64,000 bases of DNA. It comes from the human T2T-CHM13v2.0 reference genome, Homo sapiens. The stretch lies in assembly GCF_009914755.1 (NCBI RefSeq), contig NC_060936.1; one strand, given 5' to 3'. Both the position numbers and the translations under genes were made by a program. The notes under the pieces are model-generated. The model was not told the origin of the DNA. It saw only the letters and a list, made by a program, of their open reading frames with translations, and searched no databases. Positions 19,351-38,415 of the stretch are shown in pieces. Position 1 is the first letter of the stretch. Every line of letters starts with the position of its first letter.

Positions 19351-20470
19351 TTTACAATCTCCACTGCTTTACAAGGAGCTGTAGAGCATTGGGAAGTTGG
19401 CTGGGGCCTCTTTTACAAGTCACTTATTTCCACTGTCCATTTCTGTCTAACTTGCTTTTTAAACCAGCTTGCCTTTTAGCAGCTAATGTCCTCCTTTATT
19501 AATGCCTTTGAAGTTCTTTAATCAAATCATCCATCTTTCTGAATCACAGTTTCTGTTTTCTCTCCCTGTCCTCAATTGATTGAATGTACCTGCAATCCTT
19601 GCTGAAAAATAGAGTATTTCTAAAACCTATTCTTACTTTTAAAAACCCTTCTTAACAAGAAGCAAGTACAACACGATGCATAAAATAAATTAAGCACAAG
19701 TTTATTTCTACATGAGAGAAACTAGATATTTCTGCCTTTGGGAGACTGCGTTTCTGATAAATTTTGGCAACCCATCAACAACAGCTTTCAGAGACACCAG
19801 CAGGTTGAGGAACCAAGAGCATAATTGTTATGATGATGTCTAAGGGGGCCAATTCTGGGCTTAAAATCACACTGTTTCAGCTTAAGAGAGTATTCCAGCC
19901 TCCAGTAAATAGAAAGCTTGCAGAGAACAGTCTAGGAGGGCAATGGCAACGTGGTAACAGTACCAATGTGAACTTGAACCTTCCTTCTTTCTGAGAAACC
20001 TGTAATGCTGTCTAGCTTTGTTTTTGTCTGTTTGTTTTAAACTGACTACACTTCACAGTCATTCTCATGAGGCAGGTAGTTCAGAGAGGCCCTCTAGTTT
20101 ATTTCACAAATTGGAAATCAATGAACTTGAGTTCACTGAAAATTTGCTGAGGCCTTCCTATGGGGGAGGCCCTTTGCAAGTCACTTATGGGCTAGGGATG
20201 GTGGGACTAATTCATTCATTCAAACAGCAGGCATTTAATAAATGAGGAGCATAGACTAGGGACTGTTCTTTGTACTGAGGATGGACAAGATGGACAGGCC
20301 CTGTTCTTATGGAGCTTCTGTCCTAGAGCTCCATGAGACACTAGGAGACAAGCAGTTAACAGCTAAACCAAAATACAACATCACAAGTAAGCACTGTGAA
20401 GAAAACTGACCGGGCACGGTGGCTCATGCCTGTAATCCCAGCACTTTGGGAGGCCGAGGCAGGCAGATTA

Positions 20471-20761
<291 letters not shown>

Positions 20762-20938
20762 TTATTTATTATTTAATTTTTTTTTTGAGACAAGGTCTCA
20801 CTCTGTTGTTGCTCAGGCTGGAGTGCAGTGGCGTGATCACAGATCACTGCAGTCTTGACCTCCTGGGTTCAAGCGATCCTCTCTCTTTAGCCTCCTGAGT
20901 AGCTGGGACTAAAGGTTCAGGCCACCACGCCCAGCTAA

Positions 20939-21256
<318 letters not shown>

Positions 21257-22193
21257 TGACAGTGGCACAGAATATTCAACATCAAATGCCTAAGCTAATT
21301 TCCAGGCTGAGAAAGGTAAACCATCCTTCTCCTGCCTGCAGTGCTTCTATCGGTCCTGAAAGAGACAGAGGAGGTAAGGGAGAAGAATTGGTACGAAATG
21401 GTGCAGAGCTGGTCTCAGAGGGCAACAACAGCCAGCCCTCCATGACCACACTCCCACCGTGCACTCACGTGCCCCTCTTGAAGCGGCTCTGATCCTGTGA
21501 CCTAACCAGTTTCCACCTGGCTTCTCTCAGTGCGTTGCCATATAGTATAATTTTTTGTTTGTTTGTTTCGTGTAGGGTTTTGTTGGTTCTTTTCCAAGTA
21601 TCAATCAAAACTACATGCCAACGTCCACTCCTTGGAAATAATTAAATGACATGACGTGCCTGATTTTTTCAGCTGGTGATGCACTGTAATTTGCATCTGC
21701 TGAAGGAATTTATCTTAAGTCCTGAAGCCCAGCCACTTGAGACAACTGAGGTGATTTTTCTGCTCTGCTTTTGCTCATGCGGATGGTGCGTTATTGTTAA
21801 ACACAAAAGTGGACTAATTGCTTCATTCTGCAACCTACTCCGTGAAGAAAGCTGCTCTTCTTTGTGAAGAGAATATGTTCATGTTTTGTTCATGAATTCC
21901 ATGCAATTTCCCATCCCCTTGTTAAGTAATGTAGCTTCTTTATATTGGCAAAATTCCCTTTATCTTGCTGTGACCTGCGCTTTGTCCTCCCGAGCAGAGC
22001 AAATCATCTGTGGTTTAAGAGCAGCTTTGGATTCAAGTCCCCTTTTCTCCTGTCGAGGGAAGTGAGTCTATGAAATGGCCTTCATCTGAAAGCCACAGCG
22101 AAGCACCTCCTAGCCCAAGTCTAGCTGCTGTGTGGCAGCTCCAGCGGCGTGAACTGTGACTGCCCTGCAGACACCTATCAAGCGCTGCGTCAG

Positions 22194-22203
22194 CTATTAA
22201 TAA
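22194..22203 (+). promoter_or_regulatory. MEF2-type site CTATTAATAA next to TGCGTCA
   Basis: Fits YTA(W)4TAR at the edge of the CpG island; motif match only. Confidence 0.35.
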
Positions 22204-22722
22204 TAAAATCAACTCTTCTCCCTCCCCCCCGCGAGGGGGGTTCCCTCGTCAGGGCCCAGAACCCGCTGGGGAAGAATCGGGGCTGGCGTGCGAAGGAGCT
22301 GGCGGCAGGGGGTGTAGGATGCGGTGTTCCCGAGGCGACAGATGAAGGATTTGGGTTGTGTGGGAAGTGAACTGCGGAATTCCTCCCCTTGGTTTCTGAG
22401 GGGGGCTCTGAAGGAGCCAGATTAGGATGCAGAGCGCAGCCCGGGCGACCGAGGGCGAGGAGGCGAGCCAAGGACATCAGCCCGAGGGCGCCTCGAGACG
22501 CCCCGCGTGGACCGCGCTCCCAGCTCCTCGGCCTCGCCTTCCAACCATCCGCCCACCGGCCCCAGAGCAGCGTGCCCACTGTGAGCGCCCCACCCTGCGT
22601 CTGCAGGTGGGTGGGTCAGAGAACCGCAGGCACAGAAGAGGGTACCCAGCTTCCCCTCCGCCAGCCCCGCGACCGCGGCGCGCGCGGCCTCGATCCGGGT
22701 TCCTAGGGGCGGCGCGCGGGAG

Positions 22723-22793
22723 GGGGCGGGGCCTGCGCGGCAGCGTGGGCGCCAGGCGCGCGGGAGGAGGGAGCCGGGAGGAGGGGGCGGGGC
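22723..22793 (+). promoter_or_regulatory. Two GC boxes (Sp1/KLF), GGGGCGGGGC at 22723-22732 and 22784-22793
   Basis: Exact consensus matches in the proximal promoter. Confidence 0.75.
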
Positions 22794-22825
22794 CGCGCCG
22801 CCCGCGCCGCGCTGGGCGCTCTCGG

Positions 22826-22844
22826 CCAATGAGCGGCGTCCACA
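22826..22844 (+). promoter_or_regulatory. ER-stress response element (ERSE), CCAAT-N9-CCACA
   Basis: CCAAT gagcggcgt CCACA matches the NF-Y/ATF6 ERSE architecture; SERCA2 is an established ER-stress-inducible gene. Confidence 0.85.
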
Positions 22845-22878
22845 TGCCGCGGCGGCGGCGAAAGGGGAGGCAGCGGCC

Positions 22879-22884
22879 GATAAA
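22879..22884 (+). promoter_or_regulatory. TATA-like box GATAAA
   Basis: Short AT-rich element in the GC-rich core promoter, ~50 nt downstream of the CCAAT box. Confidence 0.65.
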
Positions 22885-22904
22885 TGCTATTAGAGCAGCC
22901 GCCG

Positions 22905-23839
<935 letters not shown>

Positions 23840-24245
23840 TAGGTTGAGCCCGGCAAGACGTTTTCTCGTCCCCTGCCGATTTATGAGGAGTCGAGGTCGT
23901 TGGAAGGCCTCTGACCGTTCTTGTCCTACCCAAAGTTACACATCTGGCAGAAGTGATGACATCGCTGAAACCACTCCTAGGTTCAGGAGCCCGAAGTGAT
24001 TTCACGCTTAGGGCTAGACCTCAGGCCATTGATTACAAAGAGTGCATGCTTCCTTGAGATATCTTCGTGGTATGCCCTCTGCTAAAAAAATCGGATATTC
24101 TTATAGCTAGGTCTGTGTTTTAAAGATATTGATGCTTAGAATTGTAGCAGTTCTTTTTAGAAAAACGAAGTGCTAAAATGTCTCTCTCTTTTTTTTTTTA
24201 ACCTCCCTCTTGACACATTGCTTGACGAATTTCTACATTCTACAG

Positions 24246-24263
24246 AGTTACCGGCTGAAGAAG
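24246..24263 (+). CDS. ATP2A2: Coding exon 2, 18-nt micro-exon (ELPAEE)
   Basis: ctacag|AGTTACCGGCTGAAGAAG|gtaatc; phase 1-1 join gives ...SNELPAEEG... Confidence 0.98.
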
Positions 24264-24323
24264 GTAATCTTAACATGCTGTTTCTGTTTTTTTTCCTCTG
24301 TTGGTGTGCTGATGGTAAGATGA

Positions 24324-24476
<153 letters not shown>

Positions 24477-27104
24477 TGAAAGTATTCCATAGATAAATCA
24501 GAAAACAAATGATGTCCATTGGGTGAAAACATATTTGGAGTTGCAAGCTGTGTCTCTATGTTTAAAAACAATCTGGGCATTTTAAAATTACAAAACAAAA
24601 CACTTGAAGCCATTGGTATTCAGAAAATAGATGCCTGACATTTACAGTGTGGTTAGGAGTTGTCCCAGAGTGTGGCATGGTCTTAGAAATTCTTGTGGTT
24701 TATCAGCTTTTAATATCAAAAAGTTCTTTTCTGGGAAGCCTTTAATGTTTTGGGTTCTTCCATTGTTATCGTGTTGTAAGATCATACTAAGATGATGTTG
24801 GACTCTTTGTAGTCTGTAAATAGAACTTACAAAAGGAATATTCCAGTTGCTTTCCCTTCCTGGTAATGGCAAGGTGACAGTTGTTCCTGACGGTGACAAG
24901 AATGATGACGGCTGTGATGGCACCCTTGTTGACCAAATTTGGTCACTGACCTTTAGGGTGGTATATTTATCTAAATTGGACCCCTGTCTTAAGTGATTCT
25001 TAGGTTGAAAGAACAAGGTTTAGTACAGTTGGTTCTAGATCTTAAAGGAAAAAAACCAGCATGGTGTTTTTTCTTGTTCTGTGTGTGCTTACCCACTTGA
25101 GTGCTATATGGTTGCTAAGAAACTAGTGAAATGCAAAGAACTACAGCAGAAAAAGGGTGTTGGGGTGGCAAGTATATTTCTAGGTTTTTAACTTTTTTTT
25201 AAATGTTCGGTATTAATTTTTTGTTGCATTTTTTTTCTTGGGCAGTAGATTGCTTGCTAGTTTTCCTAAAAATGGTCAGGAATAGGACACAGATGTTCCT
25301 AATTCTAATAGCATGAGATGCCTTTTATTCTTGAATTACGTTATTCTTACAAAAACCACGATAAGTGAAATTCACCCAGTGCAGTACTTCTTTCTAGTTA
25401 AAACAAAATTGACAAAACTTCACGGTTTCAGTTCTTGTACATATATGTATGCAGGTCCCAGGGATCAGCCTCAGTCTTTGTGAGAACCATACCATAGAGG
25501 GCTATTTTGAGAACGAAATAAACAAAGCAGTGGGCATTTATTTAGTTCAGATGAGGAAAAGATTAAATTTATACCCATCTTTTAAGTAGATAGTGGCAGC
25601 AGTAAATAAATTTGTGGAATAATTTTTACATAAATCCTGCTATGATACTTTATTATGCCATATTAGCCAAGTATTGTGTAGCCATTAATAATTCAGTCCC
25701 CAAGAACCTTTTCTGTGGTTTTCATTGATTAAAATGGGGACTTACATAGCAAACCATTCAGCATTCTGAGTCAGTCACAATGTACCTCTGATAAAATGTT
25801 TCTTCTTGATTGATTAAAAAATTTTCCCCCAGAAAATGGCTGCTGTTTTACCAATTAAGGGAAATGAGTAGACCCGATTAACTATAGTTTATCAATACAT
25901 TGTCATGGGGCAAAATAAATGATACATTTGGAGCTAGTGTAAGATTTGTATTTAACTGGGTACATAATAGCGTTGGCAGTTAAATAATGGGGTCCGATAA
26001 GGTCATTGGGAACTTCTTAAAAATTAATCAGCTGACTACAAGCCAGAAGCAAAATACATTTTTACTGAATTCTCTGTGTTACAAGTTGAAGCAGTGTGGG
26101 AAACCATGCCACTGGTGTTACTATTGGGGTTGCACTGGGTCTGTTTTTTGAGTGGCCAGTTTGAGTGACTTTATATTAGCATTTTAAATTAATGATGTGT
26201 GTGGGTTTTGTTTGTTCATTTTTTACTTTGAAGTAATTAGAGGCTTATAGTTTGTAAGCATTTCAAGCAGGTTTTTAAATAAATGCTTTAATTTTTTTTA
26301 TAAGATAGGACCTTGGCTTTGTGGAGCATTATAGAGCTATATTTTGGAGTTGAAATTTGAGCTCCTTTTTGGTAACTGTGGAGTTACTGCTCAGGAAATG
26401 AACTGTGTTACATTTTTATTTTATGAGTTGGTAAATAGCAAAAGAATAAGTGTTTAGGGAGTACTTCTGTAGAATTAATTTGCTTTGGTTTGTTTGATCA
26501 AGGAATTGCAGATATAAGACCTGTTGTGTTGATTTTCTTCATGTGGGGTTGGGTACTGCTGCTGCATTGTCTTTAGTGTTTCATTCCTCCTGTCTGTATC
26601 TTTTAAAAGAAAGAGCACTGACTCTCTTTTTGTGTCAGTTTATTCCTATTGATGTAACAGAAAAAACATGGTAGAATATTCAGGTTTTTTTGGAGAAGTG
26701 ACTAGGCGATTCTTATATACATCATGCGTCATCAAGTCATGCTTAAATTAAAAAGAATATTAGTGACTTACTTCAAATATCAAACTAAGTAGTAAACTGT
26801 TAACTATAGTTAATATTTTGCTGTGGCATAGAATAGGAAGCTATGCTTGTGACCTGTAGGGATCTAGTTTAATTTGTAATATTGGCCAAAGTGTTTTTTT
26901 GAAACGGTCACTTGGATTGAAAGAAATAAGCTTCATCTTCCAGTGCATATGAACATTAGAAATTGCTTAATTTGACACTGAAGACCCCCCCTCTATCATT
27001 CACTTTATCTTTTCATTCTCTTCTTGATTACCAACTTTGCTCTAAATGTAACACATCGTATGGTTGCTTAACTGATGCCTGCCCTTTCTTCTCTTTTCCT
27101 GCTT

Positions 27105-27330
27105 TGTTAAGATATTTATTGAGCACCTGTCACAGACACTGGGGATACAGTAGTGAATAAAACAGACAGAGACCCTTACCTGGAGGATAATACTGCTGAG
27201 AAAAATAAAGCAAGGGGGTTTGGATATCAGAGTATGTGAAAGGGGGAACAGTTTTCAAATTGGGTGGTCCGGAAAGTTCTTGAGGAAGGTGACATTTGCG
27301 AAAAGATCTGAAGGAGGTGGGCATTAGGGC
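27105..27330 (-). mobile_element. L2 fragment (others at ~130-400, 12820-12900, 20210-20400, 43070-43480, 58195-58650)
   Basis: 'atatttattgagcacct..ctggggatacagtagtgaataaaacagac..gaggaaggtgacatttg'. Confidence 0.65.
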
Positions 27331-27554
27331 CATGTTGGTCTCCCATCTGTCTAAATCATAAAGTCATAATTAATATGGTAATAATTTGCATAGGTTTCTC
27401 TACCTTCCACCGTCGTTTCCCATGTCAGCTACTTAGATTGACCCTAAAATGCTAATAAAACTTTCTAGACTGTGGTACTTCTCAACCTTTAGGTTACATT
27501 TGACCATTTGCATGTGTGTGTCTCTTTTCTTCCTACTAGACCCCCTTGAGTTAG

Positions 27555-27689
<135 letters not shown>

Positions 27690-28605
27690 TGAGTAGCTGG
27701 GATTACAGATGTCCACCACCACGCCCGGCTAATTTTTGTATTTTTAGTAGAGATGGGGTTTACCTTTGTTGGCCAGGCTGGTCTCGAACTCCTGACCTCA
27801 GGTTATCACCTGCCTCAGCCTCCCAAAGTGCTGGGATTACAGGCATGAACCACTGCGCCTGGCCTAAGTTAGTGCTTTTGATGTCACAAAAACTTGGGTG
27901 AGTTTGTTTCAGTAGAATTTTCTGAAAATACATGAGATCTTTTTACTGTAGTTTCTCAGAAGAGAATACTCAAAGCATTTGATACTGGATTTGTAGTGAT
28001 TTTAATTTTCTTCTGTATCTTTTAATTTTTGATTTTAAAAATGGGATAAGAAGGGCAAATTACTGATTGGTTTAACTAGTTTATTCAGAGCTTTTCTTAA
28101 AATAATGACTTGAAAGGTGGATTTAATAGAGTACTTTTTAAAAAGATTGTTTTCTCATGCCTGAAAGCATTGAATGTTTTTACATAGCTTTATATCTGGA
28201 TCAGAAGGGAACGAGTTCTAATTCATGCTTTTTTTTCCGTTTTATTAATGACTGAAAGTCCTCCCCCAGAAATTATCGTAACGTTTATTGGTAATTCTCT
28301 GTATCATTCTCGAAATGTTTAATTTCCATTTCCTCTTTATTTAAAAAAAAAAAAAAACTTGATGTAAATTTCTTCATTTATTGAGCAATTGTTTGAGGGC
28401 CCAAAGGCACAGTGCAAGTTTCTGAGAATACTAGGAGCAAAATGTGCTTATGATCTTTTTAAGCACTTTTTTCTTTCGTTTTCTTTTTATGATACTAAGA
28501 GCTCTTCCTATTATCACAGTGTATAGATATCTGAGTCACAATATCATGACTGTCTCCCAGTTTACAGCAGAACGTGCTTTTTACCTTGGATTAAAATTTG
28601 CTTTA

Positions 28606-28983
<378 letters not shown>

Positions 28984-29119
28984 TTAATCTTGTGGATAAT
29001 AATTGGGAGATACTCTATCCCTACTCTATTTTTAACAGTTTAATGTAGTTGAGTGTTCATTAGCAAGTGGTTACTTTGAATAATACTGGCACATTTGAAG
29101 CATTGAACTTGTTTGATAA

Positions 29120-29461
<342 letters not shown>

Positions 29462-29735
29462 TGACCAGGCTGGTCTCCAGCTCCTGGCCTTAGGTGATCC
29501 GCCTGCCTCAGCTTCCCAAAGTGCTGGGATTACAGACATGAGCCACCTCACCCAGCCCAGATAATCCTTTTACACACTGTTTAAAATTTTCAATTTTCCT
29601 GGAGATAGGGTCTCCTGTCGCCCAGCGGGTAAATGCAGTGGTGCGATTATAGCTCACTGCAGCCTCAGACACCTGGGCTGAAGCCTGATTCTTGAGCCTC
29701 CCAAGTAGCTGGGACTATAGGTGTGAGCCATCATG

Positions 29736-29767
<32 letters not shown>

Positions 29768-30065
29768 GAGGCAGAGTCTCACTCTGTCACCTAGGCTGGA
29801 ATGTAGTAGTGGCACGATCATAGCTCATTATAACCTCAAACTCCTGGTTTCAAGCAATCTTCCCGAGTAGTCAGGACTACAGGCATGCCCTGCCATGCCC
29901 AACTAATTAAAAAAAAATTTTTTTTTATACACATAGGGTCTCACTATGTTACTCAAGCTAGTCTCCAATTCCTGGCCTTAAGAGATTTTCCCAAAGCATT
30001 AGGATTATAGGCATGAGCCACCTCACCCAGCTGAAACAGATAATTCTTTTTTTTTTTTTCCTTGA

Positions 30066-30389
<324 letters not shown>

Positions 30390-32208
30390 TAGAAACATTT
30401 TCCCAGTTCCTTGTATAAGTATACTTTGTATAACTTCTGGCAAACCATAATTATGAACTCACATTACTATAGTACTATAATACTGCAGTAAGGGATCTTG
30501 CGTTTCAGTAATGTCACTCATCCAGTTTTCCTCCCCTTTCTCTTACCCCATCTCCCTCCCAGTCTCATGGTTTCTGTTGTCAATCCTCTTTCTCCTTACA
30601 CAAGGCAAGAGGTTTTCTTACCAATAGATCAGAACTGTGAAGGACTGCCCGACATGATCTGATATGGTTGTTCTTCATTTTGGGCTGTAGTATTTTAAAG
30701 TAGAGGTTTGCTCTGATGGTCCCATCACTGCTTGCCATTGTCTTTCCCTTTGCTCTAGCTATCAGGGGATGTTGCTTTAAGTTTGTTCCCCAGGCTTTAC
30801 TGCCAAGAGGGAAATTCATACCCACTTTAACAAGGTGTGAAGCTTATCTTACAGTTGCTAATGCCTCACTGACCTTTTGGAAAGGTCATAGTTACTCTTC
30901 AAGTTGAGCGATTTTTCTCCCCCAAGAGCTAATTAAAGTTTCTTGTTTCTGATATGCTCTCCTTGGCAAATGTTTGAAAGTCTAGTATCAGAGCAGCTGT
31001 GATCCTGCATCTATCAAAATTTATAACTTCCTAGAGAAGTTTTCATTCTGGCATTATTCCTGGCCTTAACACTAGAATGCCCTGTTGAAAGCATACAGTA
31101 ACATTTATTATACTCATTCTGGTTGTCTGTTTGCCCTAGCTCACTGGACGTTGGTGGTGATTGGCATCTGTCAGGACTTGGTGGTCCTGGTGCCTCCTGT
31201 TTTTATTTTTCTTTTTGTCCTGCTCAAACAGATATTTCTTATTCATGCCGTCTTCTAATGAGTCATTTGGATTCATTATTGCCATAAATCATTTGGAGGA
31301 GTGTTTTCATGATTTACTAAGTAGATCTTTTAAAGAAGATTTTATTATGAAATATGCAAACATTTTAAGCAATTTTTTAATTAAAAAAAATTCGACCTCC
31401 AAGATTAAATCATTAGATGTGGTTAACACTGTTTCTGGATTGGTAAGTTTCCACAAAAAGAGGTTTTTAAATTTTTAACCACATAGACCACTCTTTACCA
31501 TATTCATTATTCTTAGTATTCATTGTGGTGAGTTCTCTCTTTTTACCACGTTTATAGTTGTTGGATTGGGAAGTGCAGTGTGACTCTTACTTTGTAGTTT
31601 TTAAATCTTAACAAGTTTATAGTTGTATGAGCTAAAAGTTTAAACCTCTGCCCCATTTTCTTGGGGCAGTGTTCTGTGACCAGTTACATTTTTGGACTTA
31701 GGTTATCTCTGAAGTGCTGTGTTGCTGTATAAATGTCATATGGAGGATAACCTACAAAATACACTTCGGATCTCCCAACAGCTTTGCGGTTCTGAAACAG
31801 CCTTCAGTAGTACCACTGAAAAGAAACGGGGAATTAAGTGGTTTTTTGTTTCTTTTATAGAGATGAGGGTCTCGCTATGTTGCCCAGGCTGGTCTCAAGC
31901 TCCTGGCATGAAATGATCCTCCTGCCTTGGCCTCCCAAAGTGCCGGGATTATAGGCATGAGCCACTGTTCCCGGCCTAGAATTAAACAGTTTATATATGC
32001 TCTAAAATTTAAGTCAGTGATCAAGTTGTTTATACTGTGGATTTATGTCACATGGATATTACTTGATATGAATAATAACTAAATGAACATGACTGTTAGA
32101 TGATCACCTTTTACTTTAATCAAGAATTGAAGTTTTATTTTTTCTAAATAGATACATATAAAATGAATGGAATTTATTCCCTCTCCCCAGATTTTATTTG
32201 GATTCTAA

Positions 32209-32472
<264 letters not shown>

Positions 32473-32549
32473 TGACCTCAGGCGATCTACCTGTCTCGGC
32501 CTCCCAAAGTGCTGGGATTACAGACTTGAACCACCACACCCAGCCATGA

Positions 32550-33026
<477 letters not shown>

Positions 33027-33661
33027 TAGTAGAGACGGGGTTTCGCCATGTCGGCCAGGCTGGTCTGGAACTCCTGACCTCAGGTGATCTGCCCGCCTCA
33101 GCCTCCCAAAGTGTTGGGATTACAGGTGTGAGCCACTGTGCCCAGCTGAAGTATAGTTTTGACTTTCAAGAATTCTTATGAACAAGACATAGCCAGTTGT
33201 TTATATAATTGCATTTTCTACCGTTTATTTCTAGAGAAAGAAAATAGATTTTGTCTATCATAATCCCTTTAGTGCTAGCCACTTTTTTTTTTTTTTTTTT
33301 TTGAGTTTTCGCTCTTGCTGCCCAGGCTGGAGTGCAATGGCATGCAGTACACTCACGGCTCACTGCAACCTTTGCCTCCCCAGGTTCAAGTGATTCTCTT
33401 GCCTCAGCCTCCTGAGTAGCTGGGATTACAGGCACCTACCACCATGTCCAGCTAATTTTTTGTATTTTTAGTAGAGATGGGGTTTCGCCATGTTGGGCAG
33501 GTTGGTCTGGAACTCTTGACCTCAGGTGATCGCCTGCCTTGGCCTCCCAAAGTGCTGGGATTACAGGCCTGAGCCACCATGCTCGGCCAGTGCTAGCCAC
33601 TTTTTAAAAAAGTGACATTAAGCCTAAAAAGACACATTCTAACGTGCCATTTCTCTTCTAG

Positions 33662-33799
<138 letters not shown>

Positions 33800-33914
33800 T
33801 AAGTTATGTAAGTGATTAGGGCTGTATTAATCTTTCTGTTATCTGTTTTTCCTGATGTGTTGAGTAAAAATATGTTTGCGGGAAGTTTACATGTATTTTC
33901 CCTTTATTCCATAA

Positions 33915-34328
<414 letters not shown>

Positions 34329-34941
34329 TGAGGTGGGAGGGTTGCTTGAACCCAGGAGGTCAAGACTGTAGTGAGCCATGATCGTAACACTGCACTCCAG
34401 TCTGGGCAAAGGAGCAACACTGTCTCAGAAAAACATTGTTCATTCTTTACGGTAGCAAGGAATTAAAATGGGTGAGAGAAGCTGCTTAAGGAAATGAGAA
34501 TGTGAGAACCATTATCTTTATGTCTCCTAGTTGCTTCCTGTGACAAACTTTAAAAGCTACATGTCATTTTTATTCTCCTTGGGTTTTTTTGGTAGGTTTA
34601 GCTATAAAAATTGTTTCCCCTTCAGTGCTTACTACAGACTCTGAGACTTAAAATTCATGTTAAGTGTTGATCTTTTAGGTATTTGACGGATATAATCACC
34701 CCTTTGAGGACTGAAGTAGACCTTTTTTTTGTTTTTGTTTTGAGACCGACTCTCTGTCGCCCAGGCAGGAGTGCAGTGGCACGATCTCGGCTCACTGCAA
34801 CCTCCGCCTCCCAGGTTCAAGCAGTTCTGCCTCAGCCTCCTTGAGTAGCTGGGATTACAGGCACCTGACACCACACCCAGCTAATTTTTGTATTTTTAGT
34901 AGAGACGGGGTTTCACCATCAGGCTGGTCTCAAACCCCTGA

Positions 34942-35304
<363 letters not shown>

Positions 35305-35454
35305 TAGGATTACATGCGTGAGCCACCACGCCCGACACATCTTATAAACATACTTAGTCCTGTTGAAATTGTAAACTTCTAATCTTTACCAATAAATGTT
35401 AACGATCTTTATGTGGTAGGTTCATAGAAAGATGGCCTACTTAGAGATTTGTAA

Positions 35455-35891
<437 letters not shown>

Positions 35892-36420
35892 TAGCCAGGA
35901 TGGTCTCGATCTCCTGACCTTGTGATCCGCCTGCCTCGGCCTCCCAAAGTGCCGGGATTACAAGTGTGAGCCACTGTGCCTGGCCTTCTTCTTATGTTTT
36001 TCTCAAAAAAATTATATTTGGTCAGGGCATGGTAGCTCATGCCTGTAGTATCAGCAGTTTGGGAAGCTGAGGCGGGTGGATCAGTTAAGGTCAGGAGGTC
36101 GAGACCAGCCTGGCCAACATGGCAAGTCCCCGTCGCTACTAAAAATACAGAAAGTTAGCTGGGTATGGTAGCATGCGCCCCCAGCTACTTGGGAGGCTGA
36201 GGCAGGGCTTGAACCTAGGGGGCGGAGTTTGCAGTGAGCCGAGATGATGCCACTGCACTCGAGCCTGGGCGACAGAGCTAGACTTCGTCTCAGAAAAAAA
36301 AGATTCGAGTTTTTAAAAAAAGAACATTCTTAAGTCTTTAGTATACTGAATGGTATGAGCAGCAATAGAGGGTTGTGGCCTTCTGAAAGTAAGGAAAATT
36401 ATAATGACAGTATAAGGTAG

Positions 36421-36768
<348 letters not shown>

Positions 36769-37784
36769 TGATTGTAATTGTCATCTTTGTTCTCAGGGTC
36801 AGAGATAATTTATCTTTTTTTTCCCCCAAGACAGCTTCACTCTTGCCCAGGCTGGAGTGCAGTGTCATAATCACAGCTCACTCCAATCTCTGCCTCGCAG
36901 GCTTAGTGATCCTCCCACCTCAGCCTCCTGAGCAGCTGAGACTGCAGGTGTATGGCACCATGTCAGGATAATTTTTGCATTTTTCGTAGAGACACTGTCT
37001 CGTTATGTTCAGCCCAGGTTGGTCTGGAACTCTTGGGCTCAAGCAGTCCTCTTACCTCAGCCTCCCAAAAGTGCTGGGATTACAGGCATGAGCTACTGTG
37101 CTCAGCTGATAATTTAAGCACATGCAAAATACAGTGCTCATGGGATATTTGTTTAACCTTGAGCAGTCCAGTTAAATTCCACCCAACATGATCTTGAAGG
37201 GTAAGAATGTCTGATATGAGATTGAAATTAACTTTATCATGAATTTCCCAATTAAGGTTTTTTTATACTTTTTCTGGGGTATATACATCAAAACTGAGGT
37301 ACACGTGTTACCAGCTTTCATCTTTGTGTCATTTGATTCTCTTTAGGCTGGTTTGATTCTACAACTTCCATTCTGAAATCGGGAAGAAAATTACTGTGAC
37401 TTCTAACGGTTGATAGTTCATATATGATGTCATGAGAAATATATAGCTTGGGACTGGCAGTGCTATGATGAGAGTCCAGCCATTCATTGGTCTTTACAAC
37501 TGGAGGGATAGTTCTTAGAATTTGTGAGAGATACTCATCACTCATAGCATTTACTGTGTGCCCAAACACAATCTAAGCATGTTACATATGACTTCTTATC
37601 CTCACAAACCTTGAGGTAGGAACTGTTAGTGTTGTCATTTTATAGACAGTAAACTTGTGTGTTGTGTAACCTCTCTACAGTGACATAGCTGTTAAGAGCC
37701 TGTATTGAACCTGGGCAGCTTAGCCCAGAGTTGGGTTGGGTTGGGGTTTTTTTTGTTTTGTTTTGTTTTGTTTTTTTGACATAG

Positions 37785-37895
<111 letters not shown>

Positions 37896-38166
37896 TAAGC
37901 TGTACTGCCTCTCATGAGACAGAATTGATTTTAAATGGCAGGGGGATTTGGCTAAAGGTGAAAGCTGTGTTTTACAGTCTTAGGGACAGCAGAGTCTGTA
38001 ATTGCTTTTCCTCATTGTTTTATCCCCTTAGCTTAATTGAGGGTACTTAACGTTTTGTTTTTAATACAAATTAATAAATGTCCTTGTGTCTGTTGCCTTA
38101 GATGTGAATTGTTTAGTACAAATGTTACTGGTGGGCTTCCTTTCTTTTTAAAGATTAGACCTCTAA

Positions 38167-38415
<249 letters not shown>

